NCBI GenBank assembly: GCA_963817915.1
Contig: CAWFQL010000012.1
Location: 352,001-416,000, forward strand
Reading direction: 5' to 3'
Source of the DNA: an uncultured candidate division Zixibacteria bacterium
GTDB lineage: Bacteria; Zixibacteria; MSB-5A5; UBA10806
Length of the DNA stretch: 64,000 bases
The position numbers and the translations under genes are program-made. Under the pieces are notes generated by a model. The model was given only the letters and a program-made list of their open reading frames with translations, did no database searches and had not been told where the DNA came from. Positions 10,465 through 19,505 of this stretch are shown piece after piece (the first letter of the stretch is position 1; the number at the start of each line of letters is the position of its first letter).

Positions 10465-11235
10465 TTATTCTTCATCCTTGAGCCGTTTTTCTATAAAAAA
10501 GTCCGGTATGCGAGAACACCCGCCTACAAGACAAAATGGGTCGATAATCTTCAAGGGTTCGCCGATTGCATACCCAAGGCCGTATTGTACTCCTACCTGA
10601 CCCCCGAAGCTTCGAGCTATCGATTCCAATGCCCATAAATAATCGCGATCCTTTTCAGGATTCAAAAATTGCGAACGGTGTGCCGATAATGCCTTTATCC
10701 ATTCGGCAAATTCCTCCGTGATATCAACTATGAATGTCGGAGTGATTTCGGGCGGTAGAAAATAATGGAATAAGCCATTAATGCGATGTATTGGCTCATC
10801 TAATGGAAGCTTTTTGAACGTGGCGTAATTGGCGGCATTGACTACGATTTGGCCGCATGCCACATGATCCGCGTGCGATTGACGTTTCCCGTGACCGCCA
10901 GTTGGCCACGGAGCTAATACCATAGTTGGCTTATGACGACGGATATATTTTGCCGCTTCCAGGCGAGTTTGATAATTATCCTCGAGCCTGCAATCCCCCA
11001 TATCGAGATGTGCCAGTACTTTCGTGCCCATAATTTTCGCGGCATCTTCAACTTCCTTGCGGCGAATTTCAGCGTTGCCGCCGGTTCCCATTTCACCCTG
11101 GGTAAAAATTACTATGCCTGTTTTATATCCCCGTTTATTCAATTTTATCAGCAGTCCGCCGCAACCCACTTCAACATCATCTGGATGCGCCCCAAATGCC
11201 AATAAATCTACATGCTCGAATTTGTTTTCTGCCAT
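10465..11235 (-). CDS. bshB1: PIG-L family deacetylase, bacillithiol BshB1-like
   Basis: AHPDDVE, TQGEMGT, RRKE, HADH, FIVDIT, AHRSQF. Confidence 0.75.
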   Translation of the reverse strand: MAENKFEHVDLLAFGAHPDDVEVGCGGLLIKLNKRGYKTGIVIFTQGEMGTGGNAEIRRKEVEDAAKIMGTKVLAHLDMGDCRLEDNYQTRLEAAKYIRRHKPTMVLAPWPTGGHGKRQSHADHVACGQIVVNAANYATFKKLPLDEPIHRINGLFHYFLPPEITPTFIVDITEEFAEWIKALSAHRSQFLNPEKDRDYLWALESIARSFGGQVGVQYGLGYAIGEPLKIIDPFCLVGGCSRIPDFFIEKRLKDEE

Positions 11236-11353
11236 AGGTTAATCTCCGCTAACCCGGGTAGGTAAATAATTGTCCATATCTATGATACAATATTGCGAAA
11301 AAAGAGAGCCCACGCAAGGGCAATTCACGATAGTCGATTAGTCGGGGAAAGTT

Positions 11354-12457
11354 TTAATGTGCGGTCATGAGAGAGTAAAGTGAATCCTGGCCAAAAGCCT
11401 TTTCTATATCGAGCATTTTTCTTAGCCCCTCGCTATACACAGAATTCCCATCAGTCATGATTTGCGCGAATTGGCTATAACCGAATGAATTCAAGGTTTT
11501 ATACGATATCCATTGGGCGAAACCTTCGGAGTCTTCTTTGGAAAGAGGCATTTTGCAATTCTCTGATTGCCACGCGTGCGTAATCTCATGAGATAAGACT
11601 TCCACAAAATCATTTTCCCTCAACCCATAGAGCGTATAAACAAACAAGCTGTCATCCTTGCGATAGAAAAGCCCCTTCAGGTCCTGGTCGGAATTCTTGG
11701 CTTTTTGTTTCAAAAAATCCTCACCCTGAAGCGAGTATTCGATTTTGTGATCCACCTTGATATTCAATGAACTCGATAAAAATCTAAGCACTTTATTTTT
11801 TATAGGCGTGACGTACCCGGGTTCGAATAAGGCCATCTTGCGGCAATCAGGGCAAAGATAACGGCCATCATTCAGCCGCGTACCATACGGTCCTGAAGGC
11901 GCGCCGCAATCGTCACAATGAGGATATCGAGCGACGCATTCCGCGCAATATTTTCTATCACGATTGTTTTCGAAAAACGTAAAATCGCCTGCCAGAGGAT
12001 TCCCGCAGGATCGACATTTTTCCCCTCTTGTAGAGCAATTTTGACAAAGATGCGTATTCCCAATTGTAATAAGATTGTTGGATGGTACTCCGCACTTATC
12101 ACAATGCGGCTTCGTCTTCATGCAGTTGTCGCAAACAGTCAGATTAAGTTCCGAGAAGACAACATACTTTCCTGTAATTATTTTATTGCACAACCCGCAT
12201 CGGGCCATTTTCCGATAACAATCCTGGCAGACAGGTCGATCTTCGACTATCAAAGTCGTTTTAGATAATTTGCCGCATATCGCGCAAAGCTTATATTTTC
12301 CCCAGCAATCGGCGCAATAGTTTCTGCCGTCCGGCGAACGAAAATAATTATCCGAAACTTCCTTTCCGCACAAATCACAATGGATAACCGCTGAATACAC
12401 CGCCGGCAGAGTCAGAAGCAGGATTGCGAAAATATAAAATACGACTCGTTTTGACAT
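11354..12457 (-). CDS. Secreted protein with 12 CxxC motifs and a DA1-like HExxH metallopeptidase domain
   Basis: Signal peptide; 12 CxxC; LYGL....F..VLSHEITHAW.....SEGFAQW...VYSEG. Confidence 0.65.
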   Translation of the reverse strand: MSKRVVFYIFAILLLTLPAVYSAVIHCDLCGKEVSDNYFRSPDGRNYCADCWGKYKLCAICGKLSKTTLIVEDRPVCQDCYRKMARCGLCNKIITGKYVVFSELNLTVCDNCMKTKPHCDKCGVPSNNLITIGNTHLCQNCSTRGEKCRSCGNPLAGDFTFFENNRDRKYCAECVARYPHCDDCGAPSGPYGTRLNDGRYLCPDCRKMALFEPGYVTPIKNKVLRFLSSSLNIKVDHKIEYSLQGEDFLKQKAKNSDQDLKGLFYRKDDSLFVYTLYGLRENDFVEVLSHEITHAWQSENCKMPLSKEDSEGFAQWISYKTLNSFGYSQFAQIMTDGNSVYSEGLRKMLDIEKAFGQDSLYSLMTAH

Positions 12458-12464
12458 AATGGCT

Positions 12465-13313
12465 TTATTTTGTCTTATTGGTCAATTGCATGTTTTCGAG
12501 ATATTCCAAAGACATCAATAATTCACTTTCGGGGAATATTTCAAGAATAATATCGACACCGAGAGTATTGAAAATTTCAAGATATGTACCAACATCGACC
12601 TTATTATTCCCTATGGCCTTATGCCCGCCGCCGTCACGGTAGTCATGTAAATGCCCCATCTTGATATATTTCAGATTGTCGCGATAATATCGAATTATGC
12701 TTTCTCGTTTTGATGGTGAGCTATTTTCGGTATGGCCTGCATCCCAGACCAGGTATAATCCATGATTAGCGGTCAGATCGTTCAAAGCTTCGAGAAATAA
12801 TGGGGCGATAAAATTCGTATTCTCAAGACAAATTTTTATTCTGTCGCCGCTATATTCTAAAATTCGCTTAAGTGATTCCGAGAAGAGAAGCGAGACTTCT
12901 TTCGGAAATCTGTTTTCGATGAAAAACATTTTCTTCGTCGTAATCGAATAGAAGGCCTGCCGACCGGGGTGAAATATGAAATACTCGCTGCCCATATCTA
13001 TAGCCATATCGATCATTTCATACAGTCTTTCCAGTCCGGCATTACGAATCTTCTCATGACGATTCATCAACGGTATGTCTGTCGGCCCGTGAAAGCATAG
13101 AGAAATACCATCCTGCATTAAATCCTCTGATATCTTCTTTCGCGATTCTTTATTAAACCGCTCGGGGAAATACAGATGATTATCGAAATTGACCTGGACT
13201 AATTGAAATTGATGCTGTTTGGCGAAACTATGCAATTGATCGATATTGCCATTGCCATAGATATCAGCAAATCCAAGACGGCCTTTAATGTTTTTGCCTA
13301 TTTTGGAACTCAG
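12465..13313 (-). CDS. Sugar phosphate isomerase/epimerase (AP endonuclease 2 TIM-barrel family)
   Basis: FHGP, FHPG, CLEN, WDAGH, HLHD, H, ILE metal-ligand pattern. The frame stays open upstream of TTG 13235 to a CTG at 13313; start uncertain. Confidence 0.7.
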   Translation of the reverse strand: MSSKIGKNIKGRLGFADIYGNGNIDQLHSFAKQHQFQLVQVNFDNHLYFPERFNKESRKKISEDLMQDGISLCFHGPTDIPLMNRHEKIRNAGLERLYEMIDMAIDMGSEYFIFHPGRQAFYSITTKKMFFIENRFPKEVSLLFSESLKRILEYSGDRIKICLENTNFIAPLFLEALNDLTANHGLYLVWDAGHTENSSPSKRESIIRYYRDNLKYIKMGHLHDYRDGGGHKAIGNNKVDVGTYLEIFNTLGVDIILEIFPESELLMSLEYLENMQLTNKTK

Positions 13314-14578
13314 GTTTTTCTCTCTTTCTTTTTGGCGGCAGGGAAGAGCACGTTGTTGAGTATCAAACGATATCCTGGCGAATTCTTATGCAATTTCAGA
13401 TCAGTGGGTGGATCGCCAACCATATGCTGATAATCCTCAGGGTCGTGGCCTCCCAGGAATGTGAATGTTCCTTTCCCAAAATCACCATGAATATATTTAG
13501 CCTCATTTTTGCCGGGTGTCTCAGCCAAAATAATTACATGCTTCTTAATAGTATTTTTATTGAAACCTGTTGTTTGTCCCCAGAAGCCATTGATATTGTT
13601 GGTATGATCCTGCACGAGCATTGTCGGTACAGGATCCCATTTAGCGGAAAAATCGAATAGCGTAAAATAATCCGTCTGGGCATTAAGTCCGACGCTTCCT
13701 CGAGTAGGCGAGGTGTCTATATTTGAATGCTCATAAATCAGCGGATTAGTGACTACCTCGAAATTCTCGAATGCCATCGTGCGGTTGAAATCGAGCTTCT
13801 TCTGGCAATTGGCGTCGATCGCGTCGCCATCGGATTCAGCCGGGACTATATCAGTATTGTGAGCGGCAAGAGCTATATCGTAAGTGTCGGTTGCTGAACA
13901 CATGGCGAATAAAAATCCGCCTTCCCTGATATAATTTGTCATGGCATCTACAACCGCAAGTTTCAGTTTTGAGACTTTGGCGAATCCCAATTCCCTTGCC
14001 GTCTTTTCATTAAAAGCCTTATCCTGTTTATACCATAAGGTATTTCTATACGCGGCATAAAATTTTCCATATTGCCCGGTGAAATCCTCATGATGCAAGT
14101 GCACCCAGTCATATTGCGAAAGCTTCCCGGCCAAAACATCAGGATCCCAGATTAAATCGAATGGTATTTCAGCGTAGGTCAACGCCAGATTAACAGCGTC
14201 GTCCCACGGAAGATTTTTCCTGGTTGGCGGAGCGTATATAGCCACTTTTGGAGCCTTTTCCAAAAGGACTGATTCCATATTGTTTTCTTCAATTGTCTTT
14301 TTTATCTGGGCCTCATCCGCGCCCGAAATTTGCTCGAATGATACGCCTCTTAGCCTGCATAATTCCAAAATTTGCGGCAGATCATCCGAGAGGAAGGAAC
14401 CACCTCTGTAATTCAGCAACCATTCTACCTTGACTCCATATTTCAGACACCAATACGCTACTCCATAGGCTTTAAGATGATCGGTCTGACCGATATCCAT
14501 TGGTATCAGGATTTTGGAGGCAAATGCCGGCGAGACGCTAATTAGCGCCATCAAAAATATGCTTATGATTTTCTTCAC
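13310..14578 (-). CDS. Conserved secreted glutamine-amidotransferase-like protein (FCB-type, often annotated 'asparagine synthetase B')
   Basis: Signal peptide; HLKAYG, WLLNYRGGSF, PWDDAV, HLHHEDFTGQYGKFY, FAMCSATD, GHDPEDY, SPGYRLILNNVLFPAAKKK. Confidence 0.7.
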   Translation of the reverse strand: MKKIISIFLMALISVSPAFASKILIPMDIGQTDHLKAYGVAYWCLKYGVKVEWLLNYRGGSFLSDDLPQILELCRLRGVSFEQISGADEAQIKKTIEENNMESVLLEKAPKVAIYAPPTRKNLPWDDAVNLALTYAEIPFDLIWDPDVLAGKLSQYDWVHLHHEDFTGQYGKFYAAYRNTLWYKQDKAFNEKTARELGFAKVSKLKLAVVDAMTNYIREGGFLFAMCSATDTYDIALAAHNTDIVPAESDGDAIDANCQKKLDFNRTMAFENFEVVTNPLIYEHSNIDTSPTRGSVGLNAQTDYFTLFDFSAKWDPVPTMLVQDHTNNINGFWGQTTGFNKNTIKKHVIILAETPGKNEAKYIHGDFGKGTFTFLGGHDPEDYQHMVGDPPTDLKLHKNSPGYRLILNNVLFPAAKKKERKT

Positions 14579-14614
14579 TTTAATTTTCCCCTATTAACAT
14601 ATCGTCAAAATACA

Positions 14615-14640
14615 AACAGATTTAAGACGCTAACCGTTCC
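14615..14640 (-). promoter_or_regulatory. ECF-sigma-type promoter, GGAAC-N17-TGTT
   Basis: Minus strand reads GGAAC GGTTAGCGTCTTAAATC TGTT, about 36 nt before ATG 14578. Confidence 0.55.
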
Positions 14641-14715
14641 TATTCCCAGGATCGATTTCTGTTCCATATTGTGATGATAAGAATCAATGATAATCAAAAC
14701 AATTCTTATTTTGTG

Positions 14716-14741
14716 GGAACCACACCGCAATCATAGTCGTT
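14716..14741 (+). promoter_or_regulatory. ECF-sigma-type promoter, GGAAC-N17-CGTT
   Basis: GGAAC CACACCGCAATCATAGT CGTT, upstream of ATG 14787. Confidence 0.6.
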
Positions 14742-14786
14742 CTATGCCGTAATTAGCTGAAATTGAAACACTAAAAGGAGAATCAT

Positions 14787-15185
14787 ATGAAGAAACTAAA
14801 TACATTGATAATAGCCTTGGCCGTAATTATCAGTGCGGGAGTAGCAATCGCGCAGGAAGCGCAGAAATCAGCCACTGAGGCAGCAGCTCCAAAACAATCA
14901 ACCATAACCGGAGAAGTGGTCGAATTGACCTGCTATTCCACGATGGGCGCCAAAGGTGAAGCTCATAAAAGCTGTGCTATCACTTGCGCCAAAAATGGCC
15001 ACGATCTCGGGCTCTTAGAAGATGGTACTAATAAGCTTTATACGGTTATTGCAGCAATGGAAAAGAATCCCCAGAAGATGCTCCTGGATCATGTCGCGGA
15101 ACATGTTACGGTAAAAGGAACAATTCTCGATAAGGGCGGCATGGCAATAATCAATATGGAATCGATCGAGAAAGTAAAAAACTAA
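14787..15185 (+). CDS. Small secreted hypothetical protein with C...HxxCAxxC motif
   Basis: AAGGAG RBS; signal peptide (AIA); ITGEVV..TCY, AHKSCAITCAKNG, VTVKG. Confidence 0.75.
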   Translation: MKKLNTLIIALAVIISAGVAIAQEAQKSATEAAAPKQSTITGEVVELTCYSTMGAKGEAHKSCAITCAKNGHDLGLLEDGTNKLYTVIAAMEKNPQKMLLDHVAEHVTVKGTILDKGGMAIINMESIEKVKN

Positions 15186-15298
15186 TCTCATGGGCCTTAA
15201 CGACTATTGCGCGTTCGGCCTTGAATATGAGTGAATCAACAGGGAAACATCAGCGTAACAGCGATAAATTGACATCAGAATAACAACAGCGTTTCTTC

Positions 15299-15326
15299 AA
15301 AAAAAGGCGGGCAAAACCCGCCTTTT
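15299..15326. terminator. Bidirectional rho-independent terminator
   Basis: AAAAAAAGGCGGG-CAAAA-CCCGCCTTTT between convergent genes. Confidence 0.85.
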
Positions 15327-15349
15327 ATTATTACTTGAATTGAGCAGCC

Positions 15350-16351
15350 CTATTTCCTTAAAGTGACCTCGCCAGCCGAAATGATTTGAATGCCATTTTT
15401 AGTATTCAATCTTAAAGCTCCATTCTGATCGATTCCCGTGACAACCCCTATGGTCTTTTTGCTGCCAATTTTGACCTCGACCTCCTTGCCAAGGATCGCC
15501 GACCTTTTTGCCAGTTCAGGTCCAATAAAACGTAGTCCGTATCTAACGAAATTATGGTACGATTTCTCAAATTCGAAAAGCATCTTTCTCAGAAATGCGG
15601 CTCTGTCGATATGAATTCCTTTTTCTATCGCAAGTGATGTCGCTTTTGAACGAAGATTTGTTGGGAAATCACTTTTTGCCGTATTGACATTAATGCCTAC
15701 TCCCATAACGGCGTAGCTTACTTGATCCAATTCAGCAGTAAGCTCAACCAGTATACCCGCCACCTTTTTGCCGTTGATAAGGCAATCATTGGGCCATTTT
15801 AACGATGCTGTCAGCCCGGTGAAGCCGTCAATCGCGCGGCAGACAGCTAATCCGGCGACCAACGGAAGAGCCGGTAGTCGTTCGAACGTTAATTTAGGGC
15901 GAAGTATTATCGAAAAATATAGACCCTTGCCCGATGGTGAGTGCCAGGTTCGCCCAAGTCGGCCCCGCCCCTTGGTCTGCTTTTCGGAGATAACCAATGT
16001 TCCCTCAGGGAAATCGGCTTCCGCCATCCTTTTTGCCACTTCGTTTGTCGAACCGATAGACTTGAAGCTATGAATATTGGCTCCCATGATACGGCATTTC
16101 AGTCCCGCGTGCAGTATCGCCGGCAAAATGATATCTGGAATATTGTTTAGCTGACAGCCCTTGGTATCCTCGATAGTAATATCAATTCCAGATTCCTGTA
16201 GCTGCAAAATTGCATGCTTGATTATGCCTTTTTCCAGTCCCGAAATAGAAGACAATTCATTATATGGGAAAAATCTTCCGGGCGAGTCCTGCAAAATTTT
16301 CAAGACCGTCGCCTGAGTTTTGGCGGATATATCTTTTTTTACTTCTTCCAA
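15350..16351 (-). CDS. birA: Bifunctional biotin--[acetyl-CoA carboxylase] ligase/repressor
   Basis: N-terminal wHTH-like segment; STN, QTKGRGRLGRTW.SP, KWPND, KVAGILVE, G.GINVN, AGEV. Confidence 0.92.
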   Translation of the reverse strand: MEEVKKDISAKTQATVLKILQDSPGRFFPYNELSSISGLEKGIIKHAILQLQESGIDITIEDTKGCQLNNIPDIILPAILHAGLKCRIMGANIHSFKSIGSTNEVAKRMAEADFPEGTLVISEKQTKGRGRLGRTWHSPSGKGLYFSIILRPKLTFERLPALPLVAGLAVCRAIDGFTGLTASLKWPNDCLINGKKVAGILVELTAELDQVSYAVMGVGINVNTAKSDFPTNLRSKATSLAIEKGIHIDRAAFLRKMLFEFEKSYHNFVRYGLRFIGPELAKRSAILGKEVEVKIGSKKTIGVVTGIDQNGALRLNTKNGIQIISAGEVTLRK

Positions 16352-17193
16352 CTAAGCACCTGGAATGATAAATCAAGGGCTGGCGCCGAATGAGTCAATT
16401 TTCCAATCGAAATTCTATCGACACCGGTGGCGGCTATTTTTCTGATATTATCCATACTTACATTGCCGGAAGATTCCAGAATTATATCAGGATTCATTCG
16501 CTTTGCCAGCGACACCGCTTTTTTAAGCAGGCTTACGGGAAAATTATCGAGCAGAATATAATCGGGATTTAACTTGATTGCCCTCTTGAGTTCAAGCAGA
16601 TTCCTTACTTCGATCTCGATTTTGGCTTTTGTTTGCTTTCGATGTTGAATAGTCAATTCCAGAGCTTCTTCCAGGCCTCCGGCAGCGGCGATATGATTCT
16701 CCTTTATCAGATACATATCGTATAGCCCGATTCTATGATTAATGCCACCTCCATCTTTAACAGCCTTTTTTTCAAGTAGCCTCATGCCTGGAGTGGTTTT
16801 TCTGGTGTCGAGGATTTTCGACTTATAGTCCGCGATTTCATTCACGTATTTTCTTGTCAATGACGCTATTCCGGATAGATGGCAAAGGAAATTCATCGAT
16901 GTTCTCTCGCCTATCAAAAGCAGATCAATCGGTCCGCTGATCTCAATTATCTTATCTCCCTTAATAACTTTGGAACCATCCTTTTTAAAAACCCTATAAG
17001 AAAATGAGGGAGACAATTGCTTGAATACCTGTCTAAATACATCGAGGCCCGAAATTACACCGGAAGCCTTGGCGATTACTCTGGCCCGGCCCTTTTCCCG
17101 TCTCAATCCGATAGCTTTAGTGGTGATATCCCCGGGGCCGATATCTTCCGAAAGCGCCAGGCGTATCAACTGATTGTGGAATCTATTTTTCAT
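16339..17193 (-). CDS. nadC: Nicotinate-nucleotide pyrophosphorylase (carboxylating)
   Basis: EDIGPGDITT, DTRKTTPGMR, HR.GLYD..LIKENH, EIEV, LLDN, ISIG.LTHSA. Confidence 0.95.
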   Translation of the reverse strand: MKNRFHNQLIRLALSEDIGPGDITTKAIGLRREKGRARVIAKASGVISGLDVFRQVFKQLSPSFSYRVFKKDGSKVIKGDKIIEISGPIDLLLIGERTSMNFLCHLSGIASLTRKYVNEIADYKSKILDTRKTTPGMRLLEKKAVKDGGGINHRIGLYDMYLIKENHIAAAGGLEEALELTIQHRKQTKAKIEIEVRNLLELKRAIKLNPDYILLDNFPVSLLKKAVSLAKRMNPDIILESSGNVSMDNIRKIAATGVDRISIGKLTHSAPALDLSFQVLSWKK

Positions 17194-17281
17194 AATGATA
17201 ATTTATCGCAGTCTCACATTAAGTCAAATGGAAATCTGTTGACATCGAAATCTGTATATGGTTATTATTAATGGAGACAAA

Positions 17282-18898
17282 ATGAACTATCCAAGGATCA
17301 TACCATGCGTCATGGAAAAACAGGGCGGTAAGACGTGCTGGCTCGACGCTGTCGAAAATAATAATACGCAGGCACTGATGCAGGACGATATTTTGATCTG
17401 CAAGGAATGCTCGACCTTTAAAGATATTATCAGCCGAGGTTTCGGAAGACGTACGGCCGACCAAACATTGGGCTCGACCATCGCCAAGCTGCTTCATGTG
17501 GTTGCGGATAGAAGCGCTCGTCTTAATCAAGCCAGGGAAGAGCTTGAAATTAAGGTCGAGGAATTGGCGCTAATGAAAATAATAACCGATGCCGTCGTCA
17601 AGACAAACGATATGCCCAAGGCATTAAGGATAATTCTCACCGGCGTAACTTCCGGTGGGGCGTTTGGATTCAATCGAGCAGGCATTTTTCTTGTCGATCA
17701 AAGAAACGAATTCCTTGTTGGACGGCAGGCCGTAGGGCCAGACAATAGCGAGCAGGCTGAGCGAATCTGGAGCCAGCTTCAGCTTCTCACATTCGAACAG
17801 CAGATTAATAATATCCTCGAGTATCCCGATATCGAACGAGATAAAATTCATGAATTAATAGAGCAGATTAAGATATCGCTGACCGATTCCAATAATATTT
17901 TCATACAAGCACTCATGGCAGAACGACCTACATTCTTCAAAAAACACGACCTGGCGCCCGAGATGATCGAAAAGATTCAAAAATACTTTGATTTCAATGA
18001 GTTCGTGGCTGTGCCACTTCGAGCTGAGGGCCAGATTATGGGTCTGATGATAGCCGATAATTATTATACCCACAAGCCCATAACGGATTCATCGATTGTC
18101 GCTCTTGAGACGCTCGCCAATACCTGTACTAGTGTCCTTGAAAAAACAATTCTTCATGAGCAGCTTTCGGAACGATTTAAAGAATTAGAGCATGTCAACA
18201 AGCTACTGAGGGAAAATCAAAATTATCTGATTCAAACAGAAAGGCTTGCCGATATCGGCAAGCTCGCCACAACAGTCGCCCATGAATTCAAGACTCCTCT
18301 GGTCACGATCGGTGGCTATACCAGAAGAGCCCTTAGAAACGTTGGAACCAGTAAATTCAATAAGAGAGATCTCGAGATAATATCATCCGAGGTGAAACGG
18401 CTTGAAATTATTACCGCGGAAATACTGGAATATTCAAGACAATCGAAACTAAAAACAGAACCGCACAGTATAAATAAATTGGTTAGAGACGCGTTGTCTA
18501 TTCTGAAAGATAAATTTTCAACTCGCGGTATTAAATTGAAAATGGTTTTTGATGGTCAAAATCCTCGGGCATCGCTTGACGAAAGACGTTTCGTACAGGT
18601 GATTTACAATTTAGTGGACAATGCTTTTGATGCCATGAAACCCGGAATGACTCTTCGGATCGCTACTCGAGCAGACAGCGAATTTGTGATTTTGGAAATT
18701 CAGGATAACGGTTCCGGAATTGCCGACGAATATCATGACAAGCTCTACACGCCATTTTTTACGACAAAATCCAAAGGATCGGGGCTGGGGCTGGCTGTTT
18801 CCAAAAAAATAATCGATGATCACGGAGGGCGCATCGAATTTGAAACTGCGATGGGAAAAGGGACTAAATTTTCGATCCTTTTCCCGAAGATCGACTGA
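17282..18898 (+). CDS. Cytoplasmic GAF-domain sensor histidine kinase
   Basis: GFNRAGIFL GAF-like region; H-box AHEFKTPL; N-box NLVDNA; DNGSGI, PFFTTK, GSGLGL; GGAG RBS before 17282. Confidence 0.9.
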   Translation: MNYPRIIPCVMEKQGGKTCWLDAVENNNTQALMQDDILICKECSTFKDIISRGFGRRTADQTLGSTIAKLLHVVADRSARLNQAREELEIKVEELALMKIITDAVVKTNDMPKALRIILTGVTSGGAFGFNRAGIFLVDQRNEFLVGRQAVGPDNSEQAERIWSQLQLLTFEQQINNILEYPDIERDKIHELIEQIKISLTDSNNIFIQALMAERPTFFKKHDLAPEMIEKIQKYFDFNEFVAVPLRAEGQIMGLMIADNYYTHKPITDSSIVALETLANTCTSVLEKTILHEQLSERFKELEHVNKLLRENQNYLIQTERLADIGKLATTVAHEFKTPLVTIGGYTRRALRNVGTSKFNKRDLEIISSEVKRLEIITAEILEYSRQSKLKTEPHSINKLVRDALSILKDKFSTRGIKLKMVFDGQNPRASLDERRFVQVIYNLVDNAFDAMKPGMTLRIATRADSEFVILEIQDNGSGIADEYHDKLYTPFFTTKSKGSGLGLAVSKKIIDDHGGRIEFETAMGKGTKFSILFPKID

Positions 18899-18987
18899 TT
18901 TTGCTTTATTTTATTTGTTTTATGTAGTACACGGCTACATGAATTGTGAATTAACTTGAAAATATAACATCAGTTCTGGGGGATATA

Positions 18988-19383
18988 ATGAAACCTATAA
19001 TGGTCGTTGAAGATGAGGTCTTTCTTCTTGATCTCTACAAAGACGAACTCGAAGAGGCCGGTTTCACGGTCAGGCCTATTTCAACTGGACGAGAAGCAAT
19101 TGAATGGGTCAAAAAAGAACGGCCCCATGTAGTGGTTCTTGATATCAAGCTCGATGACATGGAAGGCCTTAAGGTGTTAGAAGAGATCAAAGGGATCGAC
19201 CGCACAATACCAGTCATTCTAAATTCCGCTTATTCGGTCTACAAGGCTGATTTCGCCAGTTGGATGGCAGACGATTATATCGTCAAATCATCCGATACTG
19301 CCGAGCTGGTCGGAAAAGTCAGAAAATTCGCAGATAAACATGTCGCCAAAAATGAAATCGAACGGCCCGGTGCAAGTGTTTAG
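18988..19383 (+). CDS. Single-domain response regulator
   Basis: VVEDE, VLDI, PVIL.SAY, YIVKS receiver motifs. Confidence 0.9.
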   Translation: MKPIMVVEDEVFLLDLYKDELEEAGFTVRPISTGREAIEWVKKERPHVVVLDIKLDDMEGLKVLEEIKGIDRTIPVILNSAYSVYKADFASWMADDYIVKSSDTAELVGKVRKFADKHVAKNEIERPGASV

Positions 19384-19505
19384 CAAGTATATTGACCTGC
19401 CAATCTGCGATTTTCAAGCGCGGAATTCCACATCCGGCAAATAAAAACGCCGGCAGTCAATTTTACTACCGGCATTTAGTGCTACTTCTATCCCGATAAA
19501 AAAAC

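Noticed and set aside
11354..12457. Multiheme cytochrome c
   Set aside because: The CxxC motifs are never followed by His.
13310..14578. True asparagine synthetase (asnB)
   Set aside because: It has a signal peptide and lacks the N-terminal Cys Ntn domain and the SGGLDS ATP motif.
19446..19476. GCCGGCAGT...ACTACCGGC hairpin between convergent genes
   Set aside because: Probably an imperfect terminator; too weak to call as a feature.
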